A stretch of 11,242 nucleotides of DNA, from positions 1 through 11,242 of the forward strand of contig CDRNVI010000111.1 of the NCBI GenBank assembly GCA_977017575.1. The letters are read 5' to 3'. Both the position numbers and the translations under genes were made by a program. Shown one piece after another: positions 1 to 7,476 of the stretch (positions are counted from its first letter, which is position 1; each line of letters opens with the position of its first letter). Source of the stretch: Paramoeba atlantica (lineage: Eukaryota > Protista > Discosea). A model generated the notes under the pieces. It worked only from the letters and a program-made list of their open reading frames with translations. It was not told where the DNA came from and ran no database searches.

Positions 1-112
1 CGAGCCGCGGCTTGGGCACGTGTGAGGGGCATAAACTTTTTATCTGGATATGAACAGTACAAAATGGATACTAGACAATTTATAGAAAATACGTATGTAT
101 CCTTTGAAATAA

Positions 113-159
113 TTTTTTTTTTATAAACCTCTTTTTCTTTCCGTACATCTATTTTTATT
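113..159 (-). terminator. Poly(A) tail (T10 at 113-122) and upstream AATAAA (TTTATT at 154-159) of element A
   Basis: The hexamer lies ~31 nt before the A-run on the minus strand, downstream of the ORF stop codon. Confidence 0.6.
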
Positions 160-290
160 ATGTTCTCAATGATCACATAACCGTATATATGCATTTGGGG
201 ATTTAATCCTTTTGTTTATGTTTTTATTATGTTCTCAATGATCACATAACCGTATATATGCATTTGGGGATTTAATCCTTTTGTTTATGT
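152..290. repeat. Perfect 69-bp tandem duplication (2 copies) in the 3' UTR of element A
   Basis: 152-220 and 221-289 read identically (tttttattatgttctcaatgatcacataaccg...ttttgtttatg). Confidence 0.97.
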
Positions 291-329
291 GTTGGACTAA
301 TGCAAGCAACATTCGACGTTTACATTTCT

Positions 330-3300
330 TCAATTCTGCTCCTCTCCATGATGACTTAAGTATTTTTTCAGCTGCGAGAGAGCGACTGCTCCGTTTAACT
401 CTTGGAGCTGTAAAGAGAAGTCTTGTACTGTCTGCTCACGACTGACGCCGCACAGATCGGCCAATGAATGAAGGAGTGCCTTGGTGTTGGCATGCGCAGC
501 ACCTCCGGACAACATTGGAATGCATTCGAATTGGTTGTCCGGAATCAAGCCTGAGTTGACGTACGAGTTTCGCTTCCTAGTGATTGCATCCTTCATCAAT
601 CGGGCGCCTGTCTTGTGCAGGTGTGATTGCGACAATTCGTGGACAATTGTGAAATCATAGTACATCACCCCTTCGGCCCAGTGTATGGCTAAATCTGGTC
701 CTGATCGATGAAAACCTTTTGATCCACATACTCTCTGATGCTCAGTTTTACGATCGTAGTCCACCTGCTCTGCGCACGTGATACATTTAAGGGAAACAAA
801 GCCTCTAGGTTCAAGTTCGCATGGCACCCCTGCTTTCGTGCTTAGATCGTACAGCCGCTTGACCATGTGATGGTGTTTCATTGTTGAATTGTTTCCGGTA
901 CATTGGACGCATCCCGACACGTGCGTTATCGCATTTTTTGAGGATAGTAACATTTGACAACCGGGACAATTTAGATGATCCGGCAAGCGGGGATGCGCAA
1001 TGTCAAATCGCGGCATGATCGCTAGTGTAAAATGGCGTGGAGATACGAGCCGTGTGCTGGAAGTCAACCAGGTGTAATTACCTTTTTGGCTTGTTGCGCG
1101 GATTATTGCTGCCTTTTGCTTATCTTTCATAAGTTCGCTCCGTGTTTCCTCATGGTATAAAGCTTCCGAGACGGACTGTTCGTTCGGCAGTGTTTGCGTA
1201 GAAGTTTCCTCCGCACGCGATGCACATGCAAGGTTTCCTGCCAGAGCTGAAAGATGCTTTGGTCGCTCCAGTGCAGTTTGCCTTGATGCTGTGTAGGATG
1301 CTTCACGGATGTGTTCATATGCTGTGAGGCCGAGTCCTCCTTTTTTTAGTGGAAGGCGTGTCCATTTAATTTTCTTGTCGGAAAGATTACCGAACCACGT
1401 ACGAAAGACGCTGGCTACCTCGTGGTCGAATTTTTGCGTAAGCTTTAATGATTCGTCTGGGTTTTGAACTCTGATGTGATAGCGATGCCGAACATTGATG
1501 GATTTTGATAACAGCAAGAGGGAAACGTTGCTCGCTCCCATTTGTTTGAGACGGCGGAATGCTGTGCGATGTTTCTCAAGCTTCTGGACAAGTTTCTCGC
1601 TAACGCGCGCAGTCTCTCCAAGGAAAGCTCCAAGAATCTTGATAACGTCGGCTTCGGCGGTGATGCCGTGATTATTCAGACTGGACGGCATCGGTATATC
1701 GTTCTTGCCGCCAAACCAAACGCATTTTTGTGGTGCCAACTCGATTAACCTGTCGTGCAAAAGGTCGGCTAGACGCGTATAAGCACTAGACAGAAGATGT
1801 GCCTCGGTGGAGACAAGATTAATATCGTCAATGAATGCAAAAATGCGAATTCCCGGGAATTCGTCGTGGAGTGTCTCAAGGATCGGTTGTAGGAACGCAC
1901 AGAACAGAATGGATGATAGAGGCGATCCTTGTCTAACTCCTGCAGAACTCTTGAGAATCTTGAACAGTTGCCCATCGCTGCCGTAGTAAAGCAGTTCCGA
2001 GGGGACTCCGTATTCGGCGGCGAAAAGTCTTTGGAAAGGACGCAAAGCATGGAAGGCAAAGACGGCTTTTGCAACATCATCGCGCGAAGGCGAATTGAAC
2101 GCGTTTTTCATGTCAATAGAGAGAATGGCGCAACCTTTCATATAGTGTTCGGTAAGCTCGTGGATGACGCGTTCGCATCCGGACTTTATCATCACCCCGT
2201 ATTGATGCGGTGTGAAAAGAGGAGCCAGTTTCTTCTCGTGGCGTTGTAGAAGCACAACCTCAGCCAGTTTAAGCCAGACCTCTCCGACCGCTATGGGGCG
2301 AACTCCGTTTGATGGTTTAGGAATGGCCACAAGGCGTGCTCGCTTAAGGCGGTTCATGATTTCTTTGGAAAGTAGTCCATTGATGAGGTCTGTCATCATA
2401 TGACAAAGACTCAAACAACAAACTTCGTCATCCAGCAAAAGGCGCAGAATAGTGTCCGTTGTGCCTGTAGGCCCTGGTGAGGCACCTTTGGCCATTCGCC
2501 GCCCAGCTTCTCGTAATTCCAGGGGTGTGATGCAAGCTGTTAGTGGGGCATCGCTGGGCAGTCGAAAGGTAGTGGCTACTTCCGGATGGAGAAGCTTCAA
2601 CTTCTCAGCAGTTTCTTCGTCGGATAGGATCCTTTCTCGAATTTCCTGATCGAGCACTCTGGTTGCTTTCCTCACACAACCGTCTAAGACAAGACTAGTG
2701 GCTTTCTTAATCGCACGTTTGTCCTGCTGCTGGTTCCTGTTCTCATCTAAGTCTTGCGGTTGGGAAGACAGGGGGAGGCGACGTCGACGTTTCGCATTTA
2801 CTTTACGGATGGTGGCGAGGGAGTATTTCATCGCGGACAGAGTCTTGCTCCATATCTTGTTTCGCTGTGGATAAGTGCTTTCGGCGTAATCATGTAGTAT
2901 GTCGCGATAGATGGCGACGACGCATGGAACGAATTCCGGTGAAACTGAGCGGAGGGTTGGCATAGGGTCCAGATCGAGATCTGTTTCAGTGTGATAAGTT
3001 ACACAGATTGGCAGCTGTGTCGGAGAACCAGATCTTTTTCCGCTGGTGGTCGTGTTTGCTCCTGCGTCCCACGTTATCTTAAAAACTCGTACGTTAGCGT
3101 GCGGAGGGATGTGACCTGTAAACGTTTGACCAGCCTGATGTCCGTGTATTCCTTCGTATTCAATTGCGAGTTTTCGTTGGCGTGCTCGTCGTTGGACGCT
3201 GCGTACTATTCCGCGTGAGACATTCAAGATTGGTGTGCAATCAAAGCTCCACGCGATTGTAAATCTGTCTCCAGGTTTTGCCCCTTGTGACTCTGCAGAA

Positions 3301-3911
3301 ACCTGGTCGGGGGGGATGGGAAAGTGCACAGCTGGATTGATGGATAGCATTGCGTCCTCAAAATTGGCTGCTTCATGAGTTGGTGATTGGCAGTCTTGAA
3401 ATTCATTATCGATGGGCAGTCTTGATTGGTGATTGGCAGTCTTGAAATTCATTATCGATGGACAGTCCTGAAATTCATTATCGATGGGCAACGGGGATGG
3501 AAGAGAGTGTGGCGAAGGCGCGCTGTCGATGGGCATCGGGGATGGAAGAGAATGTGTAGCGCGTGTTGCATCAGCTCGGTCTGCATTGGGTTGTCCAGAA
3601 TTATTTTGGGACAATGAGCGCTCTTGGTTTTGTATCGGGGGGGGGAAATCGGGATTTTCAAACTCGCTGTCGAATATCGGAACTCTATATGGGTTGTTTA
3701 CCCGGTGGACGATCGGTGTTGGAGAGTTTTCTTCCATCGCTTCGGGTTGTGCTTCTTTTAATGAGCTGTGTTGCGCATCAGGCGCCGAGGAAAACACTGT
3801 ACCGGAGAAGGAGTGTGACGCAGTTTTAATCACGTTGGTAGCTACAGCGCATGACCTTTTGATTCGTATCATCCATGTGGTTTTTTTGGTCAAGGGGCGC
3901 CTTATTTGCAT
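330..3911 (-). CDS. CRE-like polyprotein, 1193 aa: low-complexity N-terminus, reverse transcriptase, CCHC zinc knuckle, PD-(D/E)xK restriction-like endonuclease
   Basis: RT motifs ASPGPTG, RLVAIPKPSNGVRPIAVGE, HQYGV..GCERVIH, SIDMKNAFN, GVRQGSPLSSILF, AFIDD, KILG, RLPLKKGGLGL. Knuckle CPGC-x11-H-x3-C. RLE motifs KHH..ELEP..RSGPDL..YYDFT..KRNSY. No stops; ends in TGA. Confidence 0.93.
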   Translation of the reverse strand: MQIRRPLTKKTTWMIRIKRSCAVATNVIKTASHSFSGTVFSSAPDAQHSSLKEAQPEAMEENSPTPIVHRVNNPYRVPIFDSEFENPDFPPPIQNQERSLSQNNSGQPNADRADATRATHSLPSPMPIDSAPSPHSLPSPLPIDNEFQDCPSIMNFKTANHQSRLPIDNEFQDCQSPTHEAANFEDAMLSINPAVHFPIPPDQVSAESQGAKPGDRFTIAWSFDCTPILNVSRGIVRSVQRRARQRKLAIEYEGIHGHQAGQTFTGHIPPHANVRVFKITWDAGANTTTSGKRSGSPTQLPICVTYHTETDLDLDPMPTLRSVSPEFVPCVVAIYRDILHDYAESTYPQRNKIWSKTLSAMKYSLATIRKVNAKRRRRLPLSSQPQDLDENRNQQQDKRAIKKATSLVLDGCVRKATRVLDQEIRERILSDEETAEKLKLLHPEVATTFRLPSDAPLTACITPLELREAGRRMAKGASPGPTGTTDTILRLLLDDEVCCLSLCHMMTDLINGLLSKEIMNRLKRARLVAIPKPSNGVRPIAVGEVWLKLAEVVLLQRHEKKLAPLFTPHQYGVMIKSGCERVIHELTEHYMKGCAILSIDMKNAFNSPSRDDVAKAVFAFHALRPFQRLFAAEYGVPSELLYYGSDGQLFKILKSSAGVRQGSPLSSILFCAFLQPILETLHDEFPGIRIFAFIDDINLVSTEAHLLSSAYTRLADLLHDRLIELAPQKCVWFGGKNDIPMPSSLNNHGITAEADVIKILGAFLGETARVSEKLVQKLEKHRTAFRRLKQMGASNVSLLLLSKSINVRHRYHIRVQNPDESLKLTQKFDHEVASVFRTWFGNLSDKKIKWTRLPLKKGGLGLTAYEHIREASYTASRQTALERPKHLSALAGNLACASRAEETSTQTLPNEQSVSEALYHEETRSELMKDKQKAAIIRATSQKGNYTWLTSSTRLVSPRHFTLAIMPRFDIAHPRLPDHLNCPGCQMLLSSKNAITHVSGCVQCTGNNSTMKHHHMVKRLYDLSTKAGVPCELEPRGFVSLKCITCAEQVDYDRKTEHQRVCGSKGFHRSGPDLAIHWAEGVMYYDFTIVHELSQSHLHKTGARLMKDAITRKRNSYVNSGLIPDNQFECIPMLSGGAAHANTKALLHSLADLCGVSREQTVQDFSLQLQELNGAVALSQLKKYLSHHGEEQN
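3380..3550. repeat. Nested short tandem duplications (periods 46, 26 and 45 bp) in the N-terminal coding region of element A
   Basis: ttggtgattggcagtcttgaaattcattatcgatgg at 3380 and 3426; cagtc(t/c)tgaaattcattatcgatgg again at 3463; tcgatgggca.cggggatggaagag at 3481 and 3526. The protein shows HSLPSP(M/L)PID x2 and PIDNEFQDC x2. Confidence 0.92.
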
Positions 3912-3959
3912 TACCTAAGGTGCAGGGGTATAGCGCACCCCACCTCCCTAGCTGTAACC

Positions 3960-4025
3960 TAACTCCTCTCCAAGCGGAGGTCAGCCGTAGCAAGCTATGG
4001 CTGACCTCCGCTTGGAGAGGAGTTA
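3960..4025. other. Near-perfect inverted repeat/hairpin: 31-bp arms with a 4-nt loop
   Basis: 3960-3990 is the reverse complement of 3995-4025 at 30 of 31 positions. After one non-Watson-Crick position the pairing continues to 3956/4029. Confidence 0.97.
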
Positions 4026-4125
4026 AGTTTCCAATATTGAAATATATCAGGAATTCACCCTAGTTTTGTAGTACCTCGTTATATTGGTACCAGGTGGCCC
4101 TGATTTGGTATTAGTTTGTATGTTT

Positions 4126-7100
4126 CTAAACTTTAGGTTTTCTTATTCGACGCCGTTTTAGTTTTGAGGTTTCCTTATGCATTTTTATTTTTTGATTCCA
4201 ATTCTTCTTACTCTGGGCTTCTTGTTTCCATGTTATCTCCTTCATGTCGATTCTCTCCAATGCATGTCGCAAGGTTTTCTCATATTGGCTTGGGTTTCTC
4301 AGCCGTTCAACATCAAATAGAATTTTGTTAGGCATTCTATCTGGACTCATGCGGGCGATGTGTCCTGCTAGTTGAAGTACTCTAGAGTCAATTTTTATTT
4401 GCAAACTTTCTAGCCCTGAAATGGAAAGTATTTCTTCGTAAGTATAGATTTTTCCTGGTTGGGCGCCGGCCCCTTGTTCTCGTTTCCATTTGAACCAGGG
4501 GATTCCTAGCGCATGTCTTATCATTTGCATATAAGATTTGTTGAGAGTGTGAAAATGTTTGTTGTTTAAAGCCCATGTTGCGCATCCGTGCGTAAGCCGT
4601 GGGACAATGCAAGATTCAAACATGCGAGCTTTTAGGTTCCGAGAGAGTGAGTGGTTTTTCCATATCGGAAACATCGTTCGAAATTTTGTTTGAGCAGAGT
4701 GTATTCGGTGTTCAATTTCAGCATCCATTTTGGTTGCTTCTTCGATAATCGTTCCCAAATATTTATATTCCTTTACTTGCTCTATTTTTGAACCGTTTAT
4801 ATAGATTTCCGCACTACAGCGCTGAGGGTGATTCTTTGGTTGTATAACTTGGAACTTTGTTTTCTTTGCGTTTATGCGCATACCCCATGTATTAAGTGTC
4901 TCAGCGAGTACTTCAGCGGCGCGCTGAATTTCTGTTGCGTCTTCGCTCCACTGCACTATATCATCTGCATAGAGGCAAGTGCCTAATTTGTCTTTGCCTT
5001 CTGTAATGTCTCCTCGGTGTTTTCTTCCCTTCGGGATCCGCCATGAGATTGTTACTCCAGGGCATGTCTCTTCTAGTGTTGCTCTGATTATAGTGTCTAT
5101 TACGCCATTGAACAAGGAACAACTTAGTGAGCACCCTTGTTTGATACCATTTAATAAGTTGAAAGGGTGGCTTTCAGTTCCATCGAAGAGTTTCACTTGT
5201 GCTGTATTTCCTGCGTACATTAGTTTGATCATTTCACAAAGCGTGCCCGTAATTTCCATTTTGTCCAGTACTTCCCACAATGCTTCCCTGGGGATTGTAT
5301 CATAGGCTTTCGAAAGATCCACATAAAGAATGTATATGGGTTTACGTTTACTACGCATTGTCTCCGTCATGCGTCGTATGGAAAACACCGCATCTTCAAT
5401 ACTCCGGTTTTTCCTAAAGCCACATTGGAATTCAAGAAGTCTTCGATCTATTCGAGGTGCGACGCGCATTAAAATTATGTTGGCCAAGACTTTGCATGCT
5501 ATGTTCATCAGTGTAATAGGTCTATACGCATTCGTGTCGGTCACTTGTCCTGCTCCGGGCCCCTTGTACAGGCAAAGCACATAGGCGTGTAGCCAGCTTG
5601 ACGGGATACATTTTTGTTTCCAGCATTGTGCTATTATATGGGTTAGCCAATTCAACGTGTCCTCATCGGCACGTTTGAAATGTTCAGCATGTATTTGATC
5701 TGGCCCTGGTGCCTTACGATTTTTCATCTGTTTGATAACCAATTGAATCTCTTCCAAAGTTGGTACTGCTTCATTTCCCCACTTCTCATTATTTTTAACC
5801 GCTTCACCAATTTGTGTGTATTGTATTCTGTTTAAAAGCGCCTTGATCCGACTAATGTCAAAATTTTGTGTTCTTGTATATATCGTTTTTAGAAACTCAG
5901 CGTGTGCTTCCGCTTTAAGGGTGGGGTCGGAGACATATATTCCTTGTGAGTTTTGTATTGGTGTATCGCTCTTCATCGGTATCTCATATCTTTTTACAAG
6001 ACTCTTGCACTGTGTAAATACGTCACGATGCAACCCCATTCTTGCATCTTTTTCAATTTTTAAGCTTTCGGTCTCAAAGTGTTTTCTTTTGGCGTTGTGA
6101 CAGGTTCTTGTCGCTTTCTTTCTGCATTGAAGGTATATTTCTTTGTTCTTTATGCTTTCTTCCTCTTGCCTATCTGATTTCCGCATTTTCGCATATGCAT
6201 CTTTCCGGCATTGTATTGCTTCAATTGCTTCTTCATTAAACCACGTTGGGAGTTTCTTTCTCTCCACATCAGTGCTTGTTAGCTCTTCTGCTTTCAGCAA
6301 GGTATTCTTTAGTTGCTCCCATTCGTGCTCAACATTTTCCGTTTTCGGGAGGCTTTTTGTTATATTTTGAAGTATTCTCTTGTATTTTTCACTTTCAATG
6401 CTGCAAAGTTCTAGATTGCATATGTTTGTCTTCTTGGCTTTTGTCTGAGAGGCACTCGGTTGGTAGCATAGGGTTGCTACTAACATGCTGTGGTCACTGG
6501 CGTAGTCTAGGTCGTATAGAATCTCCAGCATTATTACTGGGATGTATTTTGGCAGAACAATGAAGTCTATCTGGGTTTGAAAACCAGTTGGAGACTTCCA
6601 GGTATTCAGTTGTGTTACTTGCTCTTCTTGTGCATGGGTCCGGGGTTTTGGTATGTTCTCAAAAGTATTTATTAAGGCCAGCGCATACATTTGGCAGAAT
6701 CCAAGAAGGCGTTCTCCATTGTCCGTCGTTTTTCTTCCAATAGCATTGCTTCCAATATTCTGTTGATATTTAGTGTTTTGTTGCACTTGGGCGTTGAAAT
6801 CTCCCAGGATATGTGGCATTTCGCCACCCGGTCTCTGTTGCATTGCTTCATGTAAGCAGTTGTAAAATTGATGTTTTTCTTCTTCATCTGCTATTTCAGT
6901 GGGTGCGTAAGCACTTATCACATAGATGTTCTGCCTATTTCGGACTCGAAAGCTTGCAGCAATTATTCTATCAGAAAATCCTCTGTACGACAGAAGTGCG
7001 CTTTTCCATTTGCAGTTTATGAGTAACCCGACTCCATTTCGGAAATTTCTCTCCACGCTATTTCCGCTATAAATTAACATCCACGGTTTTCTATTGATTC

Positions 7101-7437
7101 CCATATCAATCAGAGTTTTATTTATTCCAGGTATTCGGCATTCCTGCACCGCTAGAATATCCACACCAGAAGACTCCGCAGAGCTTGCAGTTTCATACGC
7201 TTGGGTTCGCCATTTTTCCGTCTTATCCTTTTTCTCGCCATACCACGTTCTTACATTTAGAGTGCCGATTTTTAGACTAGCAGTATCAGTTCTTCTGCGT
7301 CTTTTTGTTCTGGGCTCCGTGCACTGTTCCGTGTCCGTGCAGTTGTTTATCAAACTCGATTTCGGAGGCGGGGTGCTTTCGATATTGTTATCGTTTCGCG
7401 AAATTCCTTTTCGCCATTCTTTTTTTCGGTTTGTCAT
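4126..7437 (-). CDS. Apurinic/apyrimidinic-like endonuclease plus reverse transcriptase, ~1103 aa (start corrected to ATG 7437, MTNRKKEW)
   Basis: APE motifs IGTLNVR, DILAVQECR, NGVGLLI, SAYAPT, ILGDFNA, NGERLL, TW..QIDF, SDH. RT motifs KAPGPDQI, YRPITL, QCGFRKNRS, YVDLSKAYD, GIKQGCSLS, LYADD, GMRINAKKTK, YKYLG. Intact to TAG. Confidence 0.95.
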   Translation of the reverse strand: MTNRKKEWRKGISRNDNNIESTPPPKSSLINNCTDTEQCTEPRTKRRRRTDTASLKIGTLNVRTWYGEKKDKTEKWRTQAYETASSAESSGVDILAVQECRIPGINKTLIDMGINRKPWMLIYSGNSVERNFRNGVGLLINCKWKSALLSYRGFSDRIIAASFRVRNRQNIYVISAYAPTEIADEEEKHQFYNCLHEAMQQRPGGEMPHILGDFNAQVQQNTKYQQNIGSNAIGRKTTDNGERLLGFCQMYALALINTFENIPKPRTHAQEEQVTQLNTWKSPTGFQTQIDFIVLPKYIPVIMLEILYDLDYASDHSMLVATLCYQPSASQTKAKKTNICNLELCSIESEKYKRILQNITKSLPKTENVEHEWEQLKNTLLKAEELTSTDVERKKLPTWFNEEAIEAIQCRKDAYAKMRKSDRQEEESIKNKEIYLQCRKKATRTCHNAKRKHFETESLKIEKDARMGLHRDVFTQCKSLVKRYEIPMKSDTPIQNSQGIYVSDPTLKAEAHAEFLKTIYTRTQNFDISRIKALLNRIQYTQIGEAVKNNEKWGNEAVPTLEEIQLVIKQMKNRKAPGPDQIHAEHFKRADEDTLNWLTHIIAQCWKQKCIPSSWLHAYVLCLYKGPGAGQVTDTNAYRPITLMNIACKVLANIILMRVAPRIDRRLLEFQCGFRKNRSIEDAVFSIRRMTETMRSKRKPIYILYVDLSKAYDTIPREALWEVLDKMEITGTLCEMIKLMYAGNTAQVKLFDGTESHPFNLLNGIKQGCSLSCSLFNGVIDTIIRATLEETCPGVTISWRIPKGRKHRGDITEGKDKLGTCLYADDIVQWSEDATEIQRAAEVLAETLNTWGMRINAKKTKFQVIQPKNHPQRCSAEIYINGSKIEQVKEYKYLGTIIEEATKMDAEIEHRIHSAQTKFRTMFPIWKNHSLSRNLKARMFESCIVPRLTHGCATWALNNKHFHTLNKSYMQMIRHALGIPWFKWKREQGAGAQPGKIYTYEEILSISGLESLQIKIDSRVLQLAGHIARMSPDRMPNKILFDVERLRNPSQYEKTLRHALERIDMKEITWKQEAQSKKNWNQKIKMHKETSKLKRRRIRKPKV

Positions 7438-7449
7438 TTTGTTATAACT
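4126..7449 (-). mobile_element. RTE-like LINE (APE+RT non-LTR retrotransposon), element B
   Basis: Single ORF with an N-terminal APE domain and RT, no ORF1 and no C-terminal zinc finger. A basic insertion precedes LYADD, as in RTE-clade RTs. The clade call is by motif pattern only, and both termini are poorly defined. Confidence 0.8.
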
Positions 7450-7475
7450 AAAAAAAAAAAAAAAAAAAAAAAAAA
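7450..7475. repeat. A26 homopolymer at the head-to-head junction of elements B and C
   Basis: Counted directly from the sequence. Confidence 0.97.
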
Positions 7476-7476
7476 C

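Larger units (their letters stand above)
113..4100 (-). mobile_element. CRE-clade (RLE-type) non-LTR retrotransposon, element A, apparently full length; 5' boundary uncertain (between ~4036 and 4125)
   Basis: Single long RT+RLE ORF, ~200-bp 3' UTR with AATAAA, and a T10 run at 113-122 (A10 tail on the minus strand). The 5' end is inferred from the structured spacer only. Confidence 0.88.

Noticed and set aside
1-30. GC-rich near-palindrome CGAGCCGCGGCTTG and a twister-like CCCAAGCC at the window edge
   Set aside because: Too short and cut by the window boundary, so it cannot be interpreted.
1824-1835. FIDD instead of YxDD at the RT active site of A
   Set aside because: FxDD is common in active non-LTR RTs (for example R2 FADD) and is not evidence of novelty or inactivation.
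3380-3487. Short direct repeats as a CRISPR-like array
   Set aside because: The repeats overlap or abut with no unique spacers, lie inside a eukaryotic retrotransposon ORF, and no cas genes are present.
4062-4091. Resemblance to the kinetoplastid spliced-leader 3' end (AGTTT.TGTA...TATATTG|GTAC) on the plus strand
   Set aside because: It needs a ~9-nt insertion and lacks the conserved 5' part of the SL exon. It is also antisense to the CRE element, so there is not enough to call an SL RNA gene or target.
3912-4125. HDV-like, hammerhead or twister ribozyme in the A leader
   Set aside because: No consistent P1/P2/P3 double pseudoknot was found. CTGATAT does not match the CUGANGA core, and the twister-like GGTTACAGC lacks the conserved partners. 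It is reported only as structured RNA.
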